From Octopus vulgaris (taxonomy: Eukaryota), in NCBI GenBank assembly GCA_951406725.2, contig OX597814.1:145576001-145640000 (forward strand): a DNA stretch of 64,000 nt, written 5' to 3'. Shown one piece after another: positions 52,216-64,000 of this stretch. The first letter of the stretch is position 1. Every line of letters starts with the position of its first letter. The notes under the pieces are model-generated. The model searched no databases and had not been told where the DNA came from. It was given only the letters and a program-made list of their open reading frames with translations. Position numbers and translations under genes: made by a program.

Positions 52216-52725
52216 TATTTCCATAAAGTTACATTACATTGGTACAGTAACACATAAAGAGAGAGATTATAGACGATTGAATTGAGACTAGGAATTAGTA
52301 TACTTCACTATTTCATGCTCCCTACTCCTCTGTATCTCAAAAAATATTACATCTAGATTCGTGCAATACATAATCTGATTCTCTGCTGTAAGATCGTTTT
52401 TTTTTCTCTATCAAAATATATTTCCTATCTGACCACATATAACTCATTTTATTGAGTCTCAATCACATTATCTTTCCAAGGACTACAATATTACCTGCAT
52501 AGGGCTTCTCGGTTTCTCCACATAGTATATAATAACATTAAGATCTATATTAATCTAATTGAAGATGTGAAGCTGCCACGCAATTCGTGCTCGCGCTTTC
52601 TAGCGAGATGCAAGTCGATGTCAGTATACAGGAAACGGATACTGCTACATGTCTCTGTGCTCGCTTTTCAAAACATTTTCATTATTGAAACCCTGGGCAA
52701 ACACAATTTTTTTCTCTTTCCCAAA

Positions 52726-53458
52726 GAATTATCCAGTAACTTTTTGCAAGTTTATTTTGTCCTTTTGTTTTCTCTCCTTGTGTTGTATGAACATTTAATG
52801 TGGGTTTAAAATCAGATTTGGCTGCTATTTTCAGCATGGCGGTATCTCGTAGATACCCTAAATTATAATTATAATAATTATCATTACCTTTGAAAGTTTT
52901 AATTCCCATGCTGGCCACTTGATAAGATAGATATTTAATTTAAATTAACGATCTTATCCTTATTGATGTAAATTTTAAATTTATTTCGTCATTGCATTTA
53001 CTGCGGTGATGTTTTAGCCATATCGCACGATGAGTTACGAGGCGGGTAATATAAACTGGTCGTGTTGCATACGTACATATATATGTATGTATACGTTCGT
53101 ATATGTAAGTATTCGTATGTTATATGTACATATATGTATGTATTTATGTTACTTTCTGCGTATATTCCACTGAAGCGGCAAAGTATTTCTTAATGCAAAA
53201 TTCAGAAATCCGGGATCTGGAATTATCCAGTAGCTTTTTGCTAGTTTATTTTGTCTTTTTGTCTTCCGTCCTTGTGCTGTATGAACATTTAATGCGGTTT
53301 TAGAGTCAGATCCTGGCTGCTATTTTCAGCATGGCGGTATATCGTAGATACCCTAAATTATAATTTTAATAATAATTATTACCATTGAAGGCTTTTATTC
53401 CCATGATGGCCACTTGATAAGATAGATACTTAATTTAAATTAACGATATTATCCTTAT
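52726..53458 (+). mobile_element. Older retrozyme-like element: ~1.5 tandem units of 494 nt
   Basis: Diverged direct repeats 52726-52962 / 53220-53458 with an HHR at the unit junction. Confidence 0.75.
53164..53223 (+). ncRNA. Decayed type I hammerhead ribozyme
   Basis: attcca-CTGAAGc-...-GAAA-tccggga-TC-tggaat; stems I and III intact, A9 mutated, stem II eroded. Confidence 0.65.
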
Positions 53459-53761
53459 ATATATGTGTGTGTGTGTGTGTGCGTTTATTTGTTATTTGTA
53501 TCTGGGCTTGACCTCCAACCATCGCTTGAAAACCAATGTTGGTGTGTTTGCGTCCCCGTCATGTAGCAATTCGACAAAATGAGACCGACAGAATAAGTAC
53601 TAGGTTTACAAAGAAAAAGTGCTGGGGTCAAGCATGGCTACAGTCAAATGTTTGTAAAAAGTAAAAGAATATGTATATATATATAAGCATATATGTGTAT
53701 ATCTGTATATATATGAGTATATATATATGTATATATACATGTATATAGATATATATGTGTA

Positions 53762-53827
<66 letters not shown>

Positions 53828-53885
53828 ACTTGTTGTACATGTATGTCCTTACTCTGGTATGTATATGCATAAACACATACACGTG

Positions 53886-53913
<28 letters not shown>

Positions 53914-53916
<3 letters not shown>

Positions 53917-54060
53917 AAATATAATATATGAACATTATTCGGTAGCCATGATAAAACTCCGAGTTTCGGATTTGGGGGCGGCGTGGGTTTCCGCCCCCAC
54001 ATCCAAAATTCAGAGTTTTATATCATGGCTACCGAATAATTTTCACCTATTGTATTTACA
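53914..54060. repeat. Long hairpin / palindromic MITE-like element
   Basis: ~68-bp imperfect arms around a 9-nt loop (53982-53990). Confidence 0.8.
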
Positions 54061-54150
54061 GATAAATTCCTCTATTTACATAATATTTATGCCCTGGTAA
54101 CTATTTATTTATTTTTCCGTGTTAATTGTTAACAAGGTAAAAATACACTC

Positions 54151-54189
<39 letters not shown>

Positions 54190-54357
54190 CATATATTATA
54201 TATATAATATACACACACGTATATATATACATACATACATACATACATACATACACACACACGCACATATGTGCGTGTGTGTGTATGTATGTATGTACAT
54301 ATGTATGTGTATGTGCGAGTGGTTGTCGTAGTTCAACGTGCAACATCATGACTTTTA

Positions 54358-55593
54358 TTGGGTCATCCCTTGAATAATGCAGTTTTTCTATACTTTTATT
54401 TTTCAAACTTAAGAGAAGCAAAATACTTTTTTCTTTATCTAAAATATACACTCTTTAATTGTCTAGAATGTTTTTCCATCTATCTAGTATAGTTGCAAGG
54501 ACCCTTTTCCAAAATTCGCTTGTCCTTGAACAAAAATACTCCTTAAGTACTGTTCTGACCCCGTCTACAGAATTCATGTTTTATTCGTCCAAATGGTTTT
54601 GTAAACTGCGGAACAAATGATAATCAGATGGGGCAATGTCCGCTGAATATGGTGGGTGGGGCTTCGTTTCTCATTGAATCTTCTTCAGCTTTTCGAATGT
54701 TATCCACGCTGTATGTGGCCGAGCATTATCCTGATGGAAGAACACCTTTCGTCTTGAAAGCAAGGATGGTCGTTTTTCTTCTAGCGCTGACGTAAGTCGC
54801 TCTAGCTGCTCGCAGTAGAATTCTTTGTTATCATTTGGTTTGGGTTTAAAAGTCCAAAGTGGACTAAATCTTTCTTACCTCATGAAACAGATAAAAACAC
54901 CTTACGTGGGTGAAGAGATTCTTTAGCCTGGATTGCCGGTGGTTCTCTTTTCCCTACTCATTGTCTTCGGCGCTTGACATTAGAGAACCCATTTCTCGTA
55001 ACCAGTCACTAATTCGGTCCCAAAAAAGTTTCATTCTGCGCGCGATTAGACTGGAAAAGTTTGTGAGGAACCCATTGACCCAATTTGCTGACTTTTCTGA
55101 TGGCAAGCAGCTGTCGATGAATGGTTGAATGACCAAATGGACTCTTCTCTGCTAGTTTATCAACGGTTACGGTGGAATTTTGTCCCACCGGGTTTGCAGG
55201 ACGTCCTCGATGAGCTCTACAGGACAAGGCTCGTCATCTAGGTTCTAGTTTCCGCCTCGGAATTTCTGGAACTGCTGCTGACATTGGTATACGATTACTG
55301 TTCGATCCTCATAACCTACATTAATATTCCTCGCACTTTCCGTTGAGTTCTTGCTTTTATTGAACTCATAAAACAAAATATGCCGAACATACTCCTATGT
55401 CACTTCCAATATAGCTTTGAAAAGTTAATTGTTAAAATCGAACTGCACTTTTCAAACCTTGTACTAAAAATAAGTACAAGGTAAAATTACTACCTACATT
55501 TATAGCAAGTTGATTTAGGTAGTTTATTTCGTCCTCCATCGACTTTTAGTTCATGCAATTGAAATAAGCCGCATGATTTATGGGATGACCCAG
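54358..55593 (-). mobile_element. Mariner transposon, decayed
   Basis: TIRs TTGGGTCATCCCTTGAATAATGC / GCATGATTTATGGGATGACCCA; KVSKLGQWVPHKL, HQDNARPH, PPYSADIAPSDYHLF. Confidence 0.85.
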
Positions 55594-55903
55594 TGGAAAG
55601 CAGTTGTAGAATGAAGAAAATTCAACGCTTACGTGTCATATTTGTACAAATACAGTTTCTATTCTTCACGAAATTATAATTTAATACTTTCATTAATTGA
55701 GCTAAATTTCAGTGTATTACTGGTATTTATATAATCAAGACTAGTAGGAAAGAAAACCAAATGTAAAGGTTGAAAGTATTCCAGTGGCATGTTGAATGTG
55801 TGATGTGAATATATTAACACTAATGGATTTACTTTAATACATTTATGCTACATTACTTCTCAATAGGGAATCGATGAGTATGGAAATGAAGGTATGCAAT
55901 ACA

Positions 55904-56012
<109 letters not shown>

Positions 56013-58101
56013 CAAATACATACATATACATATATATATATAGAGAGAGAGATAGATAGTTATAGATTTATATACATATATATATGTATATGTGTGTGCG
56101 TAATGTAATAATACGGTAAACTTTAAAAGCTCACAAAGTGAAACAATGTGTACGCATATTCACACACCTGTATACGCATATGGATATTACTTCCTAGGAT
56201 ATAACCAAATATATTGGAAACATTAGGACAGATATTTATGAATATGTTTGCATAACTGCATTTAAATATTTGCTTCTAAAATCATGTTACAATATAAGTG
56301 TCATCGGTAAATCAGCGTACAGTAATCTAACTATATTCTCTCATTCTAGTTAGAATACTATTATCGCAGGATATTCATATGGATTGTTGCTTAAATTTAG
56401 TTAAGTATATAAGAAAGTTTGAACACATGCGTACACACGTACACGCACACACACACACCAACACCCACACACAAATACACACATAAACACACACATTTGT
56501 ATACACTCACAGTCACCATATATTAGAATGTACGTCTATGTATGTGAATAGAATTTCTGAATGAAACCTTAATTGAATGGCATTCTATCGATCTGTTCTC
56601 GCTCTGGCAATGGTTAATAATTAAACTACCGGCCTTAAACTGCATGCTGTAATTATGTAATATCGACAATATGCAACCTTAAAAATTGTGGATACCTTAC
56701 ATATTCTGTTGTAGTTTGCTCGGAAGTGTCGTAGTTCTTATAACATTGCGTAATATTGCAGTATGGATAGCGAAAATGTTATAACCGTGAAGGATACATC
56801 TGAAAAATGTGTGAGAACTACAAATGTGCGGTGTTATATTACATGTCAGGAGACAGTTGTCAAAAATATTATTTTAATATAGGTTATGTCGGTGTCACAA
56901 GACTATGTGGATACCAATACTGTTTCTATTGTGAAAAGAGGGGAATTGATGTTAAGGAATAATTTCAATTATTTCGAAAATAAATTATCCTGCCCCCATA
57001 AACTAACGGATATCAAAACGATGATGCACATACTGATTCTTAATTTGCTCCGTTCGTGTTGAATATATACATATGTTTCGTTTCTGAAGAACATCTCATT
57101 TCAGACGGTGTACGTTGACAGCTTACTCGCCTCATAGATGTAGGAAGACGTTGAACCACCTGTGTTTCGTAGTGATTCAGTCTCTTTCGGCAAAGATTTT
57201 CAGGAACATTGTATCTAAACAAGAAGGACTGCTCGTTGAATTCAGTAAACAAATTATTTGCTGATACATGTTGATGTCTAGCCATCTGTTAAGCCGATAA
57301 TAAATTGGGATGTCTCCGTTATATAGTAAGAATCAGTATTTGCCAGCAGATTTCATCGTGAATATGCCAATTACTGAATTCTATAAGCAGGACCAATAGT
57401 TCTTGTTTATATTTATTTACCCGAAAGTAGCTTTCACTGAAGAGATGCAACCAAATCAAAATGGAGTGGTTCAAAATGTCCGTACAATAAAGAGTCGGGT
57501 GTGTTGTCAACACATATCGTGTGAAACGAGAATGAGTTCTTCAAAAGCGAAATGCAACAGTGATTAAACTATTTCCAATGAAATCTGCCAGAACATATTA
57601 AGAAGGAATGTGTACATCATCTCTTAACAATTTCAGTATATCGGTTTCCTTTCTGTTGTACACATTTGATTACAGTGTTAAAGGCGGAATATCTATATAG
57701 CCAGTTGGTGTCCTCAAAATAGAAGCCAGCTTATTACAGTTTACAAAAATGTAATATACACTGGATAATGATGCCTTTGATATTGCATATCTACATAAAA
57801 GCTGAAAGTGGTAAGGTCTAAAGCGTTTCTCATCATATGCTCTAAGGTGATGGACATTTCAATCAACTGGTTAACAGATACACATGTCTCTAAAGCTAAA
57901 TTTACTTTTTTTATATATAATGTATTAATTCATATGCACTGGATGTGAAATATAATTTTCTTAATATTCCCCGCACGTATAAAACATACATATACATAGA
58001 TAAATACAAAATACACACAAACATACGAGTATGCATATATATATAGACGTAAGTGTGTATGTATATCATTGCTCAGCTTTATTTCAAGATCTCTTGCCAA
58101 T

Positions 58102-58193
<92 letters not shown>
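58102..58193. repeat. (AG)n microsatellite
   Basis: Directly visible. Confidence 0.97.
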
Positions 58194-58194
<1 letters not shown>

Positions 58195-60340
58195 AGGTGT
58201 CTAACCTAGATATAGGGCACCTTCGTTGGAATATCAACATCAACAGCAGGTAATTTTGTATGTTTGTTTGTATGTATGTATGTATGTATGTATGTACGTA
58301 TCTTTGTATGCATGCATGTATTCATCTTTGTATATATGTATCTATATGTGCAAATTTATGTTTTGATATATGTATCTATGCTCATGCATATTGTTATATA
58401 TCTAGACATGCTCATATATATATATATAAATGATAAACTTCTAGAAATTTTTATAGACTTTTACAATTCCAGTGATGGACTGGATTTGTAGTCATCGAAT
58501 TAGCCTTCCATTTTCTGGTTCTGAGATGCCTAATTTCTCAAGATTGGTATTTAGACATATCTCATGGTCCCTGTACGTATACATGTATGTATGTATGTAT
58601 GTATGTATGTATGTATGTATGTATGTATGTATGTAGGTGTATGTATGTTTGTATGTATACATGTATATATGTATGGACACACGCACACATGCACACACTC
58701 ATACACATAAATGTAAGGTTTCTAATATGTATAAATATATTTTACGTAGCACACATTCTCAGGTTGAGTATAATATCTGATGTGTATATATATATAAAAA
58801 CATAAATGAATAATAATAGATGTGTCTAGTATTATTTGTTTCTTGTTTTTGTATGTGGGTTTTTTTTTTTTTTTTTTTAAGGGAAATGCAATATGACACG
58901 AAATAACATATTCATTTTGGTATTTGCCTTGTAATATGTGATTTTTGAAGTTTTCTAATATTGCATAGTATATTGCATAATATATATGTATATCTTGGTT
59001 AGATACCTAGCTCTAGATAATGTAATGATATTGTATAATATGTAATATATGAGAGCCTTTTATGAGTTTGGTGTGTTTAGGTTGAGAATATAGGTTTTTT
59101 GTATGTGTTTATTTGGAAGGTTTTTATTGTATATTTGGTCTTTCTTTGTACTCACCTTAATTTGTATCTTATGCTATTTACTAATAAACCTTTTTCATTT
59201 TTTTCATTTTCTCATTTACATACATTTGGCTTTATAAATATTACCAACCTTATATATTTAGTTTATATCTATAGTCCTCTGGATCTGTACTTTAAATTAT
59301 CCTTCCATACATATTTACTTTCAACAATATAACATTATATTTATTTTTTATTTTATTGTAATGTTATCAATCTCTGCATTTAGTCTTCTAATTATTTATT
59401 TATTTATTTGCCTATTTAGGTGTAGATGTTTACATACATATCAAGTCATCTAATTTGTTATCTATTTATTTTTTACTTATTTACTTATACTAGGGTAGTT
59501 TTATACATACATATCTATCATTTATTTTTATTTAATTTTAATAATATATGAATACATATATACTGGTTTGTACTTATAATATGTGTATAACCGTATTTAT
59601 TCCTTCGTATTTATTCCTTCTTATTTATCTTATCACATTTTATCTTAAGTATTTATAATATAAATTTTTAAAAATTTCTGTGATGTTCTCATAAGCGTTT
59701 ACATTAGTACTTCCCCTTCTATTTTTTAATGCCTAAACTGGTATATTATGGCATTAAATTTATTAAGTAAATAAGTGATTTATTTATAATATATAAATTA
59801 ATATATATTTTATATTTTATAATTTAGCGTACTTGGAATCATAACAAACTTACGATAAATCTAACAACCGTATGTTTACTATGCAACAAACCGGTGTTAT
59901 AAATTTTAAGTTACCCATGAAATAATTATCTGACTTAGTAACATACTGATATTTAAAATATATTTATATCTAAATTAAATATTTTATGATATGCATGGAT
60001 GGTTCTTTTTCGTTATTTGAGGCACAGTTATAATTTTGAAGGACTAAATGGTAGCATAGTTGCTTCCCTTTTTGTTTATCTATGTGCTAGTTGTTGCTTG
60101 TGATTATGTATGTGTATAAGTGTATGTATATACATATAACTATGTGTGTATGTGCGATTGATCTGTAGATGCGTGTGTGAATATTGGCGTTCCTTGACTA
60201 ACCAACCGTATAATTTTCTTTTGTGATTTAAATTTCAAACCAATAGCCAATCGAATTAATCTAAATTTTCTTTACCTAGTGGTCAGCATTTCTAAACTCA
60301 TAGTTATTTCGATCTTGAAAGGATGGACTTAACTGTATCT

Positions 60341-60371
<31 letters not shown>

Positions 60372-60723
60372 TTATTATTATTATTAATATTAATAGTAAT
60401 TTTTATTAACTTTCATAGCTTTAGAATTTTATGAACTGAACCATGGTTTTAATTATTATTTTCATCTCCCTATGTGTTAGTTTTTTAAAAAAAACTATTA
60501 GCCAAATATGTATAATATCGGTACTTATTAATATTAATATATACACTGATATATATTTTGTTTTATTTTGTTCTGTTTACCTTCCTTTATTGTATCAATG
60601 AGTATTATATTATATAAGTGTAGCATTATGATGTATAAGTTTTTATATTTTACATTTTTATATTTTTATATTTATATGTATATGGTTATATAATATTTTT
60701 CACAATTATAACAAATTTAATTT

Positions 60724-60839
60724 AATTCTCTGAAGAGGCCGTGGGGCATCCTTGTTAATGCCTCATTTATACCTGCCTTTATGGCTTAGAGGTTAAATGA
60801 GGTATGACTGCCCTCACTGCCGAAACAGCTGTCAGTTTT
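60724..60839 (+). ncRNA. Type I hammerhead ribozyme with an extended stem II
   Basis: CTGAAGA-ggc-c-gtggggca...atgcctcattta..acct/aggt..taaatgaggtat...tgccctcac-t-gcc-GAAA-cagctg-TC; stem I partly mismatched. Confidence 0.75.
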
Positions 60840-62871
60840 GATTTAATTGCATATTATATTTGAAATTTTTTACTTATATCTCTTTATCTTTTTACTATTA
60901 CTGTATATCTCATTTTGTATAATGCCTTTACTCATATGTAATGGTGTATTAAAGTATTGATTGGGTATCATCGGATAGTTGATGTTTTATTGATTTAAGT
61001 ATGTTTCTCCATTCTCTAATTTTGTAGTATATATATATATATATATATATATATGAAGAAAGCTGCTTATTAATTAAGTATGTACAAATTAAAAATACTA
61101 AAAGAAAGTAATTATTAAAGGGTTCACCGTCTAGAAATACTTTTATAAATTTATGTTCTAAGAAATTTCATATAATTTCGATTTCTCAAATTTCTAGAAT
61201 TTTTTAAACTCCAATTTCTAGCAAATTTAAATATTCATTGCATTCACTGCGGAGTGTTCCATTCTCGTTTCCAAAGTCACGTACTTTCTGTTTTAAGTTT
61301 TCATTCCGTATTTGGAAAACTGAGAGATTATTCCATTAACGTATACGTGATTTATTATTTTTTTATTTTATTAATGTGTACGTAATTTATTATTTATTGA
61401 ATGAAAAGTTTTAAAATCCTTGTATAATGTTTGAACGCTGGATATCTGTTGAAGAGCCTAGAAAGTTGTGTGATTACTATTAGAAGACGAGGAGAAAAAA
61501 GTTACCGACAAATACTTGAAACGTACACCTCTTTCATAGTTTCCAAACACTCTGTACCACTAAACCTGTATATACACAAGCAAGTTGCTTGTGACACACT
61601 CGCACACACACATAGATACAATTACACACAAATGAAAGGCAGTGACTGTGTGAGTTTGGTGTTCACTGACAAAACTTGTGCTGCATTACTTTTGCAAAGT
61701 TTTGTCATTAAACAGGTCGCGGTTTCAAAGCCATGAAAATATTTGACACAAACAAAATTTTAATGTTGAAATGAAACTGGTACTACTTGAAACAGAGGTA
61801 CTACTTAAAAATAGGTGTAACGTAAAAAATATTTTGAATGTACGCTGTGTGGGCGTGTAAGGATACCCTAGCCTTAACCCGAAAATCTAAACTCAAAACT
61901 AACCCTCCCATTCATATCGTTACGTAGATGAATCAAGACCTCTGTATTTATTTATTTTTTTTTTACCGAAAATGCTCTTTTGTTTTGAAGTACAAAAGAA
62001 TATTGGCCAAAATAGGTCCAGATTGGGATGATGAGCAAGGGGGTGTAAAACAAAAGAGTTTACAAAACACTTTTCATACAAGGATGCCTACACCCCTTCA
62101 TTTTGAAGGCTGTGGTCTTAAAGACATGAGGAAAATCCCTGAAAAATCTTCCCCACAAATTTCTTTATAATCATAATCTATGCCATTTGAAAGGGATTTG
62201 AATAAATTTTCATTGAAAAATAAGAGAGAAAAAAATTAGATCGAGTTAATTTTCCAAAACTCTTCTCTCCACGCCCTCGGAAAATTCTTTGTCATAAATC
62301 CCTATACACATTGAAGCCACAACATCTAAGCGGGATTTGTAGTAAATTTTGTTAAAAAGTATCCATTTTTCTGGATGTCATGATACAATAAATTTGGGGG
62401 CGTATACATCTGTAGTAATGCCCTTCTATTTATACGATTTTTTCATTTCATGTTTATTTCATTTATTTTTTGCAATGTTCTCTCACCTCTCTCACACATA
62501 CACTGCAAATCTTGTGCTGCTGAATCTATGTTGCTTTGAGGGGAAGGTAAAACTTGACAAACTGTTCTCCATCTGTTGTTGGACTACCGTGATGTTTGTT
62601 TAAAAAAGAGAGATTATGACTGTGATAAAATAACGAAAGGAATAATTTCTAAGCAAGTGAGCACTATTATACAAAGAAATAATTAGACATAAAATATTAA
62701 AATTATTAGAATTGGGAATCAAATATGAAAATATTATCAAGGGGTAAAAAGAAAACCGCCCGGTGGGGTTTCTTCTGCTAGTATATATAAATATACATAC
62801 ATACATACAAACATACATACATACATACATACATACATACATACATACATACATACATTCATACATACATA

Positions 62872-63177
62872 GAACTGGCACTCCATCGGTTACGACGATG
62901 AGGGTTCCAGTTGATCCGAACAACGGAAGAGCCTGCTCGTTAAATTATCGCACAAGTGGCTGAGTACTCCCCAGACACGCGTAAACTTAACGTAGTTCTC
63001 AGGGAGATTCGGCGTGATACAGAGCGTGACAAGGCTTTGAATATCAGGTACAACTTATTTTTGCCAACTGAGTGAACTGGAGCCGCCTAAAATACAGTGC
63101 CATGCTCAGCGCCTCAACGCAGCGTCAGGTATCGAACTCCCGACGTTACGATCGTAAGCTGAATACCCTAACCACTA
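62872..63177 (-). mobile_element. tRNA-derived SINE family C
   Basis: Minus strand: TAGTGGTTAGGG (A box) and GAGTTCGATACC (B box); homologous to 28991-29230. Confidence 0.7.
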
Positions 63178-63874
63178 TTATCTAAAGTATTGCGGAAAAA
63201 AACAAGGGTGAAACTCAGAGCTGACTTCCAACATTTCATGACACACAGACACACACACAAACACAGACGCACATGTACACACACACACACACACACACAA
63301 ACAAACACACACAAAGCTAAGCACACACACACACACACAAAGCTGAGCACCAATCTAAGCATAGAGAAACGTTCTCTAGTTTTGTCATGTCTATGTTTAT
63401 CTGTGATTTGCATAACTATGGAGTATAAGAAATATCTACTGTAAACCACAAATTCTTTATTTGCTTATTGTTCGTGATATGCCTTCACACACACGCGCGC
63501 ATACACACACAGACACACTGACACATACACACATGCACACAATGATATGTCCATATACACATGGCTGTGCGCCTCGAACCTACGCATATCTGCGCGTTTG
63601 TATATGTGTGTATGTGTGTGTGTCTGTTAATTGCTTTGGACTTATACTTATTCTTGTAAAAGTCTTTGGGGCCGTCTGTGGAATCTGTAATAATTACATC
63701 ACGAAACGCTTGTTTTAACTTATGTTTCAGATTTTACAAAAATTCTTAAATTTGACATTCTAAATTACTGTTACCTCTTATAAAGTGTTAATCTTATCAA
63801 CATATCTCTGCAACATGAGCACCGTCTCATCATCACCTGAATTTATTGAAGATAATTTCTTTGCGACAGTTCTT

Positions 63875-64000
63875 TTATTCTTTTATTTGTTTCAGTCATT
63901 TGACTACGGTCATGCTGAAGCACCGCCTTTAGTCGAACAGATCGACCCCAGGACTTACTCTTTGTAAGCCTATTACTTATTCTATCGTACTCTTTTCTCG
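63875..64000 (-). mobile_element. SINE family A tail, running off the window
   Basis: TTGTTTCAGTCATTTGACTACGGTCATGCTGAAGCACCGCC... Confidence 0.85.

Noticed and set aside
53022-53066. cacGATGAgttac..gtaa..AAActgGTCgtg as a second HHR in the 494-nt unit
   Set aside because: Both core segments are defective; it cannot be distinguished from chance
61860-61910. Degenerate TAACCC repeats (also ~47915-47938) as interstitial telomere
   Set aside because: Too short and degenerate; more likely part of a small transposon

Overview
Animal (eukaryotic) genomic DNA, AT-rich and full of microsatellites. The SINE content and repeat landscape suggest an octopus or other cephalopod (inference). I found no convincing host gene or exon, and nearly all ORF-track calls are microsatellite read-through. 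The window is a transposon mosaic. It holds one young 5'-truncated CR1/L2-group LINE with an open RT frame (~3497-5208), a decayed CR1 facing it, RTE, Tx1 and R4/Dong fragments, and at least four Penelope-like (PLE) remnants with GIY-YIG domains (two also retain RT). It also holds four TIR-bounded mariner copies, Tc1 and pogo-type pieces, three tRNA-derived SINE families and several foldback elements. The main finding is a dense set of type I hammerhead ribozyme (HHR) motifs: about 16, of which 8 have a canonical core. Several sit in non-coding, retrozyme-like tandem units of 480, 562 and 494 nt, or in inverted duplications, mostly inserted into (TA)n tracts. Stem II signatures link some of them to particular autonomous PLE types in the same window. 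Ribozyme activity, circularisation and novelty are inferred by eye and untested.
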